A DNA stretch of 64,000 bases from Salpingoeca rosetta (Eukaryota; Protista; Choanoflagellata): contig JAWQFM010000009.1 in NCBI GenBank assembly GCA_033442325.1, positions 79,057-143,056 of the forward strand, in the 5' to 3' direction. The notes beneath the pieces were generated by a model that was given only the letters and a program-made list of their open reading frames with translations, was not told the DNA's origin and did no database searches. The translations under genes and the position numbers were made by a program. Shown in pieces: positions 23,699 to 48,995 of this stretch (position 1 is the first letter of the stretch; each line of letters begins with the position of its first letter).

Positions 23699-23948
23699 AT
23701 GTTTGGTGTTCAGCGAGTTGCGAGCGTGCGTGCCGCCGCTGCCGTTGCTGTGCGCGGGGCACGCCTGGCACAGGCTGCTGCTGCTGTTTCCGTGCGGCAT
23801 GCCAGCACCGGCGCGGTGCAGGTGTGCGAGACGGCTGAGGAGGCCATTGCTGGCGTGCAGGACGGCTCCAAGCTCCTGGTCGGCGGTGCGTCCACTGTGC
23901 ACTGTTGCGTGCACGCTTGTGTGTATGTGTGTGTGTGTGTGTGCACGC

Positions 23949-23990
<42 letters not shown>

Positions 23991-24821
23991 ACGCTTGTGC
24001 GTGTGTGTGTGTGCACACGCTTGTGTGTGTGTGTGTGTGCACGCTTGTGTGTGTGCACGCTTGTGTGTGTGCACGCTTGTGTGTGTGTGTGTGTGTTTGC
24101 CTGCCCCTTCCACCCTTCGCTCTCTCTCTCTCTCTGTCTATTGGAATATGTAGCACACGTCCTCACAACCCGCCCCTCACTTGTGCTGCTTTGCCCAGGC
24201 TTTGGTCTTTGCGGTATCCCCGAGAACCTCATTGCTGCCCTGCAGAAGAGCGGCGCAAAGAACCTTACCTGCGTCAGCAACAACGCTGGGTCAGTTGGGA
24301 GAGACAAAAGAGAGCACTGGGAGAGAGAGAGAGTGTGTGTGTGTGTGTGTGCGTGTGCGTGTGCGTGTGTGTGTCTGCGTCTGTGTCCATGTGTGTGTGT
24401 GTGTGACTGCATGTCTGTATGTTTGTGTGTCTGGGTGCGCGAATGTGGACACTTGTTGTATGTTGTGAGACAAAACACACAACGCCCATCGTGTAGCAGA
24501 AGCCGTGCTCATGAAACTGCCCACCACCTCCACTGACCACGGCCATGTACTCACACGCTCGCGCGCACGCACTCCCTCCGCCTTTCGTTTGCTGTTGGCG
24601 TTTTCCAGTGTGGACGACTTTGGCCTCGGCCTTCTCCTGAAGAACAAGCAGGTCAAGCGCATGATCTCGTCGTATGTCGGCGAGAACAAGGAGTTTGAGC
24701 GGCAGTACATTGGCGGCGAGCTCGAGGTCGAGCTTACACCGCAGGTGCGTCGTTGACTTGATCATGGCTTCGTCTGCAAGCATGTGAACCCTGTCGTTGT
24801 CGGCGCAACAAGTTCATCGAC

Positions 24822-24906
<85 letters not shown>

Positions 24907-25540
24907 CGGCATATATCACCCTCATTCCTTGTTTCTCCAACTCCCCCCGCCTTCCATCCATCCACCCTCCTAACACGCTCAGGGCACGCTTGCCGAGCGC
25001 ATTCGCGCGGGCGGCGCGGGCATCCCGGCGTTCTTCACCCCCACCGGATATGGGACAATCATCCACGAGGGTGGTGCGCCCATCAAGTACAAGGCCGACG
25101 GCAGCGGCGATATTGAGATCCCCAGCAAACCCCGCGAGAGCCGCGAGTTTAACGGTGTGGAAGTTTGCCTTGCTTGTCTCGTTTGTGAGCGTGAGCGTGT
25201 GCATGTGTGTGTGTGTGCATGTGCATGTGTGTGCATGTGTGTGTGAGTGTGTGTGTGTGAAAAAATGGTTACATGCGTTCCCTCCCGCCATCGGGTTTGT
25301 TCGCTCTGTGTCTACCATCCCCCCCCCCTAATTCAATGACCTCACATCTCCCCTCCCCCTCCCTGCTGCTGCTTGCGTGTGCCAGGCGTCCCGTACATCA
25401 TGGAGGAGGCGATTACCGGCGACTTTGCTCTCGTTCGCGTAAGTCGTGGACAGCTGTGCACTGTGTGTTTGTACACGTGCTGTTGTGTTCTTCCAACAAA
25501 CCCCAGCCAACGCTGACCACCTCTTGTTCACACACACACA

Positions 25541-25626
<86 letters not shown>

Positions 25627-25820
25627 GCGCGCGTGTGCGTGTGTGCAGGCGTGGAAGGCGGACACGGCGGGCAACCTGGTGTTCCGCAAGACGGCGCGCA
25701 ACTTCAACGCGGCCATGGCCCGGGCAGCAAAGGTGACGGTCGCTGAGGTGGAGGAGATTGTTCCTGTTGGCGAGCTCGACCCAGATTGCATCCACGTGCC
25801 CAGGTCCGTACACACGCACT

Positions 25821-25851
<31 letters not shown>

Positions 25852-26140
25852 ACACACACACATACACACACACACACACAAGCACTATTGTGCATGAAGC
25901 ATTGTCTGCTGTGGTGAGCTCTGGGTGAGCGCCGGTTTGCAGCGTGCTCTGTGCATTGACACATCGTTTGTGCTGTGAGTTGTGTGGTCTCATCTTACGT
26001 GTCACATGTTACATGCGTGCAGCGTGTATGTGAAACGCGTGTTTAAGGCAGACCACATGGAGAAGCGCATCGAGGTGCGTGGCCATATTTGTGCTTGCAA
26101 GCACGAAAGGAGAACAATTTGAGGAGAATGTCCCCCCCCC

Positions 26141-26224
<84 letters not shown>

Positions 26225-27399
26225 TCTCTCGGACTCACCGAATTCATCAACCCTCACCCTCGCCACCACCACCATCATCATACCCCCACCGCCACCAACA
26301 ACAATGCAGCGGCTGACGCTTGCCAAGGATGGCGACCACGCCCCGCCTGCGCCCGGCGCGCCCGCCGCCAAGCGCGAGCTCATCATCCGTCGTGCTGCCA
26401 AGGAGTTCAAGGTGCGCTGGTGATGGTGGTGACGCATGCTGCCTGCAAGCAATACTATCGTCATCCTCCTGTTGTTCGCTGTGCTTTTGTAACCCCCTCC
26501 CCCGTTGATAAACCTACGCAGCCGTCTCATGCCTGTACACGCGTGTGCTCGCCTGTGACTGGTGTAGGACGGCATGTTTGTGAACCTTGGTATTGGTATG
26601 CCGATGCTTGCATCCAACTTCATCCCAGAGGGTATGAACGTCTCCCTCCAGTCTGAGAACGGCGTCCTCGGCCTCGTACGTCCACAAACCAACGAGACGT
26701 GGTGGCGGTGGCGGCGGTGGTGGTGGTGGTGGTGTGTCTGTGTGTGTACCTGTCTGTGTGTATCTGTGTGTGTGTGTGTGTGTGTTGTGCATGTGTATGA
26801 ATAGGATGAGTGGAAGGACGATGTGATCGTTTGGCTTGAAATCTTTTGTCGTCGTATCGCTTGCTCCCTTCACGCTCACCGTATACTGCTTGTGTTGCGC
26901 GCACATGGTGTTGCGGGGGCGTCACTAGGGCCCATTCCCCAAGAAGGGCGAGGAAGACCCAGACCTGATCAACGCAGGTGTGTGTATGTGAGTGTGAGAG
27001 TGTGTGAGTGTGAGGGTGTGTGAGTGTGCGAGTGAGTGAGTGTGTGTGTGTGTGTGTGTGTACGTTCCCTTGTCTCATGCTTCCCCTTGCGTCCTCATCC
27101 TCGTCTCACCATATCAACTCCAACTCTCACATCATCACCGCCATCAATACCACCAGGCAAGGAGACGGTCAAGGTTCTGCCCGGGTCGTCGTTCTTTGGG
27201 TCTGACGACTCGTTTGCGATGATCCGCGGTGGGCACATCCACCTCACCATCCTCGGCGCAATGCAGGTCTCCCAGTACGGCGACCTCGCAAACTTCATGA
27301 TCCCGGTCCGGCCTCCTGTTTGCTGTTGTATTGTGCTGTGTGTCCAGTTTGTTGAGGTGTAATTGTGGCTGTGTTGCTGTGTTGTGTGTGTGTGTGATT

Positions 27400-27452
<53 letters not shown>

Positions 27453-28507
27453 TGTGTGTGTGTGCGTGTGTGTGCTGTGTGTGCTGTGTTTGTTTGTTTG
27501 TGTCGTGTGTCGCTTTGTAAGTGCGCAGTTGCTGTTCCGCGGCAACCACCACAACACCAACTCAACCTTTCCTTCCACCTCAATGCTCACCACTCCTTGT
27601 GTCATCTGTCACCACCCTGCCGCCCCACATGCGCAGGGCAAGATGGTCAAGGGCATGGGCGGTGCCATGGATCTCGTGTCTGCCCCCGGCTCTCGTGTCG
27701 TCATCACCATGGAGCACTGCGCCAAGGTTTGCTGCCTCCTTCTATTGTGCATTGCCACGCTCGCTCTTGTCAACGGCTTCGCCTCAGTCTGCATTTGATT
27801 GCACGGCGTCACAGCTTGCCCCGACTTCTTAATCCGCATCACCTCTTCACGCCCATCAGTCAATCAATCCCTTTCTTCTTGATGCACTATGCAATGTACA
27901 CACCACCTCACACCATCCACAGAGCGGCGCGCACAAGATCCTCGAGAACTGCACGCTGCCGCTGACGGGCCCGAAGTGCGTCGACCGCATCATCACAGAG
28001 ATGGTTCGTTCCGTGGCCGTGCCTTGTCGTTCTCGATCACGTGTCTTGCAGCATGCTTTCCATGCTCTTCCCCCCCCCCCCGGCTTTCGTCCTCTTCTTT
28101 CTCACCACCACCACCACCACCACCACCACCACGACCACATGGTGCTGCGTGTGAGCAGGGTGTGTTTGACGTGTCCGCCGAGACCGGCCTCACCCTCATC
28201 GAGATTGCAGATGGCGTCTCCGTCGACGACGTCAAGGTGACTACGCAGGGTGCCGTGCGCGCTCGCTGCATTGGCCTTCACACATACAGACACACACACA
28301 CACACAGACACACACACACACACAGACACACACACACAGACACACACAGACAGACACACACAGACACACACAGACACAGACACAGACACACACACACACT
28401 CACTCACTCACTCACTCACTCAACTCACTTGTTTTCCTTCCGTGCTGCAGGCTGCCACGGGCGCCCCGTTTGCTGTCAGCGACAACCTCAAGGCGATGGA
28501 CGCATAA
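23699..28507 (+). CDS. OXCT1: Succinyl-CoA:3-ketoacid CoA transferase, mitochondrial
   Basis: Presequence [93 protein letters not shown], active-site [26 protein letters not shown] and [10 protein letters not shown]. Confidence 0.97.
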
Positions 28508-28960
28508 GCGCTCCCCTCCCGTATTGATTTTTCCAACCACGGCACCACCAGACACCCACCCACCACCGTTGGTGTTGCTGCATCCAGCGTTGCAGCACAT
28601 GCGCGTGCGTGTGCGTGGTGGCCGTGCGTGTTGCTTGTTGGTGTTTGTTTGTTGTCGTTCCCTCTTCGTAGTCGTGCATTTGTTTGCTGATGTTTTGTTT
28701 TCTGCTGACAGTTCAATACAGGACAGCGCAGGCTGTTCACGTATGGATGTTCATGGCAAGCAGTGTGATGTGCCGATATGTGACATGTGATACGATGTGG
28801 TGTGATGTGACCACCAGCCCAATACAGCAACCATCAAGCACAGAGATCAAGTATTGTTACAGCTGTACACAGCAAAGTCGCGCTGTTGTCGTAGCGTAAC
28901 ATGCTAAAAGAATCAGAGAGGGTGTTCGTGTGTTTGTGTGTGTGTGTGTGTGTGTGGTCA

Positions 28961-31048
28961 CTAGAATGTGTCGATGCCAACAACAGACGCCGGCAGCTGA
29001 TCCTCCAGGGCCTGAAAATGCCAGCAATCAGAGAAAAAGGAGGGCAGGGAGGGGTGTTTGGAAGGTTTGGTTAGAAGCAAGTGCGGGCAGTGGTGGCCAG
29101 GTTGGACGTGGTGAAGCACACAGACACAGATACACACAGACACAGACACAGACACAGACACAGACACAGACACAGACACAGACACAGACACAGACACACG
29201 CACACACACACACACACACCGATAGTCGACTTGACGCAAGAAGGAGCATCTTGAAGGTTCTCAGCCGATACCGCAGCGTGTCACGCGGGGTTAAACTGCG
29301 CTCAAACACGGACAGCTCATCCACCACCGTTGCCATGGAGCTTGTGCTACCCAGTGAACCCTGCCGCCTTCGCTGCTGTTGTTGTTCATGGCGGTGGTTC
29401 TGTGTGGGGATGCTGTCAGCACCTGGTGCTGTCATGTTGGATGTGTGTGTGTTCACACCAGGAGACGACAGCAGCGACTGAAGTTCCGCCTCCTCTCGCC
29501 CCTGCTGCTCGTCGCCATGTTGTTGTTGGTGCTGCTGTTGGTGTGCTTCTTGCGCGTGTGGTGTGTGGTTTGTGTGCTCGGTCGATTCGAGCGATTGCAA
29601 TCGTTCTCGCAGCAGAGACGCTTCATCAACGGCATCTGGAAGGGACCAACGACCGCACATGTGTGTGAAAAGGAAAAAGGCCGAGGGGACGCACCAGCTA
29701 CGCAAGCGAAGTAAGCGTGATACGCACACACAAGCGCAACAACAGCTCCATACTCACACATGCACACACACACACACACACACAGAGGGATAGCTCCACG
29801 CTCACGCATGCACTCACTCTCCCACTCTCCCACTCTCCCTCACACCCACACCCCCCCCCCCCACACACACACACATACACACACGTGATGGCAGTGTTGG
29901 CTGTACCGTTGAGGGCCTGCTTCATGTGCTGCTTATCATCCTGCATCTCCTCAAGCTCTCCTTGAACCAGCGCCAAGGTCTCCAGTTTGTCACTCAGGTC
30001 GTCCTACATCCAACCGCACACACGTGCAAACAAAACAAAACAAAACAAAACAAGAGGTGAGCAGACACATCGCAGGCATCGAACCGCTGTGCTTCTCTTA
30101 GAGTCACAGCAGCCAGCCATCAGCAAGTGTGCGTACCTGCAACTGCTGGATGGTGACCTCCTGTTGTCGCGTTGTTCGCTCCAGATCGTCCTGTGTGTCC
30201 TCGAGCTCGGTCACGCGCTTGCGGAGCTACACACCACCACCATAGCGCCAGTTACCGATATGCAGTCGTCACATAATAGTGAGGGTACACATGACAAAGG
30301 TGGCAGCGGCAGGTGCGAAATAACTAGAGCGACGACAGTAGCAAGGCCACATCTGGACAAATAGCAAGGGCTCAGCTTGACAAGCCACTTGGATGCTGCG
30401 CACGCACCGTCACACGCTCTTCTTCAAGCGACAGGACTTGGGATTTCAGCTTGGTCACGTCCGTCTGGCTCTGTTGCACCGTGCTGTCATACTTTGTCTG
30501 CAACATGGGTGACAACAGCCAGAGTAAGTTGACAAGAGCGAGGGAGGGAGAGAGAGAGAGTATGTGTGCGTGCGTGTGTGTATGCGTGTGCGTGTGCGCG
30601 TGCGTGTGTGTGTGCCAACACATGTGCTATGCGAGTGAGCAGATGCGTTGTCTACGGTTGCTTGGGCGCTGTGCATGAAACCACTGCACGCACCTTGATG
30701 TCCTGAAAGTCCCGTTCCAACTTTGCACGCCGTTGGCGTTCGTTCTTCAATTGACTGTGTGCCTGGAGCGCATTGCCATGATGAAAGGAAAACAAAGCAG
30801 GTTATTCATGTGTGCGTGTGAGTGCGTGCACTTGTGTGTGTGTGTGCTGTGTGCAAAGGTGCATGTGTTGTCATGTGTGCGTGTTCGTGTGTGTACGTGT
30901 GCTGTGTCACTCTGCAAATTATTGTTTATGTCACATTATGTCCACCACCAACCTGGTTCAACTCCTTCTCCAGCTCTTGCTTCATGGACTCTGTGTGGGC
31001 CTTCAGCTCCTCCAGCTCTGCCCTGAGCTGCGCCGCGTCCTCAGCCAT
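28961..31048 (-). CDS. NudE/NDE1/NDEL1-like coiled-coil dynein regulator
   Basis: Spliced coiled coil MAEDAAQLRAELEELKAHTESMKQELEKEL..LRKRVTELEDTQDDLERTTR (cf. NudE IRELEQANDDLERAKR)..DEASLLRERL, and C-terminal TPRDTL..SSRLS/ALEDQL (cf. VGALESKL). Confidence 0.75.
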
Positions 31049-31126
31049 GCTCACTCGCTGTTGTTGTTTGTTGCTTGGCCGCTCGAAGTTGGGAAGATTG
31101 TTTATGTGACGGCAAATACTCGACAA

Positions 31127-31446
31127 TTAAACGGTTTTGGTGGGCGATGGTGGCGGTGAATGGTGGTGAGCATTGGGGTTGCTGAGAGTGTTGCGGTGGT
31201 TATGCTTTGAGTGCTTTGGCTTTTGCTTTGGATCTCCAGCTGCGGTGTTGAAGAGAACGATGGCGGCAAGGACGCCCGCAGCGGAGCACAGGAACGGGAA
31301 GCTGAGATGCGCCCCAAGCACCACGGCCGAGGTTGCTGTGGCCAACAGCATGGACACTGCAACGATAAATAACCTGAGAATGTTGCTGGCGTGCTGCAGA
31401 TGGGCAGTTGGGGATGTGGAAGAAGTTGGGGATGTGGAAGAAGAGT

Positions 31447-31500
<54 letters not shown>

Positions 31501-31557
31501 CGTTCGTGTGTGTGTGTGTGCGTGCGTGTGTGTGGGTGTGTGGATGTGCGTGTGTGG

Positions 31558-31606
<49 letters not shown>

Positions 31607-33001
31607 CGTGTTTGTGTGTGCATGCGAAGAAAAGCAGATGTGAGGAAGGAGGGCGGGAGGAAGGCGCATTGGGGCGAGTTGGCATGGCAGAGCGTACAGC
31701 TATGGCAGACAACGATTCATCCAGGTACAAGTGGGGCCACAAAGGGAGCAATTAGGAACCAACGGACCCATACAAGCATACATGCAGCAAGTACACGCAG
31801 GGCGGGCACAGGGCAGAGGCCGAACATACGCAGAAACACATCCCTTCCCACTTACACACACACACATTCGCACGAAAACACACACACACACATATTCGCA
31901 TAAACACACATTCGCACATTTGCACGCACACACACACACACACCTTGATGACGTAGCCGTAGATGATGCCGTTGATGGCTTGCGTGAGGATGATGGCCCA
32001 CGTGAGGTCGGAGAAGCCGGTGAAGAAGTCCGCAGGCGAGTGCAGGGAGATGGCGGCCAGCACGGCGTTGATCACCGCGCCGCCGAAATAGAGCTTGATG
32101 CTCTGCACGAAAAATGGCTCTGGGTTGCGCTTCATAATCACCTCGCTATACACGCTGGCAAACCCGCTGTTGAAGCAATAAAGAAGCATGCCAACAACGC
32201 CAATCGGGGTGATGAACACGCTCGCCGGGTTCCATTCCGTCGCGTGCAGCTGAAACCCCGAGACGGTGTTCAGCGTACCTGGGAGAGAGGGTGTATCATA
32301 GGGAGTGGTGCAGTGTGGTGGAACAAGGGGAAGGAACAAACAAGGTGCTGGGTGAGCTTGGCGTTGCTTCAGCTACAGGGACACAGAGAAGCGGGGGAGG
32401 GGGGATCGTGAGTTTCAGCGTGCAGCTGTACTGAACACACACACACACACACACATATATACCCACACACCCACACACCCACACACACACACACACCCAC
32501 ACACCCACACACCCACACACACACGTGCCCACACCCACACACACACACACACACCCACACATACCCACACACACACGACATGCTCTCACCGGAGAGAAAG
32601 AGGATGAGGAGAGCCAGCCACTTGCGTGGCGTAAAGGTGCGCCTGAGCAAGAGATAGAAGCAGAGAACCGTGGTGACAGTCTTGAAGTTGCACAGCACTT
32701 GGAAGGTTGCCGAGTCCATGTGCCGCTGCAGCAAGATGGCTGCATTGTTATTCAAAGCATAGCACAGCGAGGGCACCTGTGAAGATGTGTGTGTGTGTGT
32801 GTGTGTGAAAGGGGAGGGGAAGGAAAGAAGTGGTTGTGAGAGGGTTTGTCGAAGGTAGCGCAATAGAAGGGGTCAAAAGCAGGGAGAGCGGCAGAAGAAG
32901 TCCAATGCGCATACAACAAAGAAAACACACGCATGACAACGCACACACACACAACAGACACCGCCACACACCACGACGGAAAAGCACAGCGTCCACCCTC
33001 T

Positions 33002-33073
<72 letters not shown>

Positions 33074-33312
33074 CGACGCGCACGAGCGCGTACCAAGTAG
33101 ACCCAATCTGAGGTGGACACGGACCACGTGCGACTGGAAAGGGAAAACGCAATGGAGATGAGCAGCTTGGTTGTCTCCTGGAGCAGAACAACGGATGCCG
33201 AGGAGAACGGAATGCGGCCTGTGTCGTCCTTGGTGAGCGCGAGCAAAAACGAATGTGTCCCCGTGATGGCCACAGCCACTGGCACACCGCCCACCAACGC
33301 CATGGATGCCAT
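31127..33312 (-). CDS. SLC35A4: Nucleotide-sugar transporter, SLC35A4-like, 4 exons
   Basis: [76 protein letters not shown] and [24 protein letters not shown]. Confidence 0.85.
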
Positions 33313-34259
33313 CCTGGAGTAGTTGGATGCGGGCCCAGCACCCAACACAAACACTCTAACGTAAAGCACAACAAGAACCAAGCAACGGGTGTCCGCCTTG
33401 CTTAGCAGCAGCAACAGCAACAGCAGCAGTGCTTTCAGTGGAGTGCTGACTGTTGATTTGATCTGCCAGGCTGCGTAACTTATTAACGCACGTGCAGTGT
33501 TGACATCATGTGGTGGCCCTCGTCAACAAAGCAACCAAGCAAGCAAGCAAGCAGACTCAAGCAACTCAAGCACACAACCTCAGCACACAACCTCAGCACA
33601 CAACCTCAGCACTCAACACCTGGATTGGTTGGATGTCCGTTGCCGAGTCGGTTGTCCTCCCCACCGAATAATTTCGCGTTCTGGTCCTTGGTCGCGAAGT
33701 TCTACGATTTTCTTTCGTGAAGTTCAATAAATTTCCGCATTGCTGCCGCCTGCCTTCTTCGCGCACTTTTGATTCCTTGAGCCTTGTTGCTTGTTGATTG
33801 GTTGGTGCTGTTGCTTGCTGTGCGGTGTTTGTGTTTTGATTTGCGTGCGTGCGAGAGAGTTGGTGTTGCTGGCGTTTCTTCTTCTTCTTCTTCTTCTTCT
33901 TCTTCTTCTTGGTGGTGGTGTGATTGCTTGGAGGTGTGTTTGAGCGTTTGGTGTTTGGTGTTTGGTTGCGTGAGGAGCGGCTGACGCACTTCACATCCCT
34001 TCATTGCGTGGGCGCTGCACGTTCCAGACGGCCGCACGCCAGAGACGAAGAAGCAAGCAAGCAAGAAGTCCTTCTGTCTTTCTTTGTTCTGTGTCGTGGT
34101 GTTGGGAAACCGCGCTCTGCTTCCCACACCCAACAAACAAACATCACATCTCGTCATCGACAAGACTGCGTGCGACAGCCGGTGCGTGCCCTGACGCTGT
34201 CGTGGCCTCCTTGCGATCTGGTCCGGTTCTCGATGATGTGTTGGAATGCTTTGCTTGGT

Positions 34260-34314
<55 letters not shown>

Positions 34315-34624
34315 TGACGCAACCCAGCTCGGGAGTGTGGAGACCGAAAAGGGCGAGTTTGTCATCGACAACCTCGGAGAACTACTGGTTCGTTCAGAAT
34401 GTCCATGTTTGCGCGCCCAAACGCCCTCCACGCCTGTGCTTGTGCCTTGTTGCGTTACACTTGCGCTGTACTCGGTCCGTTTGTCGATATGGTTTATGTT
34501 TGTGAGAGTATGTGTGTGTGTGAGTGTGTGTGTGTGTATGTGTTGTCGGCCACCCTGCTGTCGGTGCTGTCATCCTGCTGTCGGAGCTGGCATCCTGCTG
34601 CCTCCCTTTGCAAAGTGCTCGAGG

Positions 34625-34724
34625 NNNNNNNNNNNNNNNNNNNNNNNNNNNNNNNNNNNNNNNNNNNNNNNNNNNNNNNNNNNNNNNNNNNNNNNNNNNN
34701 NNNNNNNNNNNNNNNNNNNNNNNN
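34625..34724. other. Assembly gap (100 N)
   Basis: Run of N abutting a (GT)n tract. Confidence 1.
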
Positions 34725-34777
<53 letters not shown>

Positions 34778-34845
34778 TCGCTTGTGTACTTGTTGGTTGA
34801 CCAACATTCGTTGGGTAGTTTGTTTGTGTTGCGTGTACGCGCTCA

Positions 34846-34904
<59 letters not shown>

Positions 34905-35300
34905 TCACTCCGACTGTGGATTTGCGAATCACGTCATTCCCACCATCACCCACCCACCACTATCACCACCACTATCACCACCACGTTTCTCATTCACCCA
35001 CTCATCCACTTCACTTGTCATCATTTCGCTCTGCGTCTTGTATTTCCCATCTGTACATCCACCCACTTCCGTCCTGAAGGAGCAATCGACAACAACATAA
35101 GCTACTCTTCGTGGTGAGTGGACTGTGGGTGGGTCGGCTGTACTCTTGCTCTTCTCACCATTGCATGGGCAGGCCCCAACACCAGCTCTCTCCAACCCCG
35201 TTGTTTTGAGACGAAGACGACTGAAACGCCACAGCAACAGCAACACCACACGTTGGCTGGTCAGGGGGAACTCGTGACGTGCGCACCATAGCAAAGACTA

Positions 35301-35372
<72 letters not shown>

Positions 35373-35643
35373 CACACACACACACATACGCACACACACA
35401 CGACAACCACAGCATACACTCTCTGTTTCACTCATCAACATCACACTCAACACAACGCTGCCTCACATCAACGCGACCATAAACCCGCCATCCTCACACA
35501 TCACCACCTCGCCTGCACCCTTGGCGCTTGTCCATTGCAGCCACAGTTCACACACCCGCCACAGAACTGAACCAACCACTGCGCTTCCCCAGTCGCTGTT
35601 GGTGGAACACGCTTTTGTTGATCCAAAGCATCGACCTGCAACC

Positions 35644-42106
<6,463 letters not shown>

Positions 42107-42936
42107 TCGAGCGGTCACGTTGAATTCACCAAGTCACGCAGCGCTGGTGGCTACTGTTGATGCCCAAACTGATGACATTGCAGTTGTGTTTCTACAGACT
42201 AAAGACAACGCACGCACACACGCGCGCGTGTGATGCGTACCGTCTTTCTTTTTCCCCGTTCCCGCACTTTGGGTGGACTTGTTTGTCGAGTGGGGTTTGA
42301 TGACTCTGACTAACGTCGCCTTTGCTGATTGACCTCCTTTCGTCGACGAACTGTGTCGTCGTTGTTGTAGTTGCTGTTGCTTGAGTTGCCCTTGTGGAGT
42401 GTTGCACTGCTATTGTCGCTTTCAATACCCGAGTGTTTACGTTCTCTAATTGCCCTCCGCTTCCGTTGCCTGACTCGTTGCTGTTGACCTGCCTGTGCGC
42501 ATGTGTGCGTGCTTTCTTGCGCGCGTATGTGTGTTGTGTGTGCATGTGCATGTGTGAAATGGTGTTTGCCGTTCTCATTTCGCCCTGCGCAGGTTGTGAA
42601 TGTGGCCATCTTTTGTTAATATTGTTCGCTCGCTCGCTCGCTTGGTTCCGCTGCTTTGATGCAACAGTTTGCGCGTGTGCGTGGCTGCGTTTGTTGTGGC
42701 TGCTCCCGAGTTATCTTGGTTTCCTTTTATTGGTTGGCGGTTTTGGCTTCAACTCATAAATGGTCTTTGCATACGTGATGGCGAACCGATAGGTGTGAAG
42801 GGAGGGATTGGTGGAGAGGTTGGGATGCGAAGGAGCTGTAGAGTGCCACGGTCAACCATGCGAGCTCTGTTTGGTCCATTCGTGCATGGCTGCGTTCACG
42901 TCAGCACCCCCTGGGAAAGCGTCAGGTCTCACACCA

Positions 42937-48226
<5,290 letters not shown>

Positions 48227-48795
48227 TTGACTGCCAAATGCAGCGGAGCACACAAACAACATACACGCAGCAGGAGCGCAGGCGCGATGATTGCGATGGA
48301 AGTAGGTGAGACGGGTGCGTGCAACAAAAAAAAATGACCCGAGTGCACTGCACTGGTCACAACAGGGAGATCACACGCACACAGGGTGACACGCGTCTTT
48401 GGATATTCTTGGAACACGAAGCCCACACTCGTCATCCGTGCAAGGCGAAACAGCACACAAAAGGTCCAACACATCAAACCAAAGCAAAGACAGGGGGTGG
48501 AACTTGGGATCATCGATTGCAATGGAGACAGACACACACACACACACGCCGCACACGCGCATACGCGCATACATCGACGGTTGACGTTGTCTCACAACCA
48601 CACATCGACGGTTGCACGCATCACAGCCATCACCGCACGCATCACAGCACCTCATCTTCGTCGTCGCCTTTTTGCCTTTGCTCAAAGTGTTGATATTTGT
48701 GGTGTGCATCAGATTTTGCTGACTCGGCATTTGTGGGCTGTTCACAATACACAATTTTGTTCACGTTACAGAGAAGCTGGCAAGTCTTCTTCCAA

Positions 48796-48811
48796 TCTTC
48801 CTTTTTCCCCT
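48796..48811 (+). promoter_or_regulatory. TCT initiator / 5'TOP-like oligopyrimidine tract of RPS11
   Basis: TCTTCCTTTTTCCCCT, 16 consecutive pyrimidines, 38 nt upstream of the RPS11 ATG. Confidence 0.6.
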
Positions 48812-48849
48812 GTGTTTGCCTTGCACCTTCAGCCCACGCGACCACCAAG

Positions 48850-48896
48850 ATGGAAGTCGTGAGTATCAAGCCATGCTCTGTGGCCGTGCTGTGCTG

Positions 48897-48942
<46 letters not shown>

Positions 48943-48960
48943 TGCTGTGTGCATGTGTTG

Positions 48961-48995
<35 letters not shown>

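Noticed and set aside
33313-34000. Homologue of the vertebrate SLC35A4 upstream microprotein
   Set aside because: No similar ORF of about 100 aa is visible; only very short uORFs.
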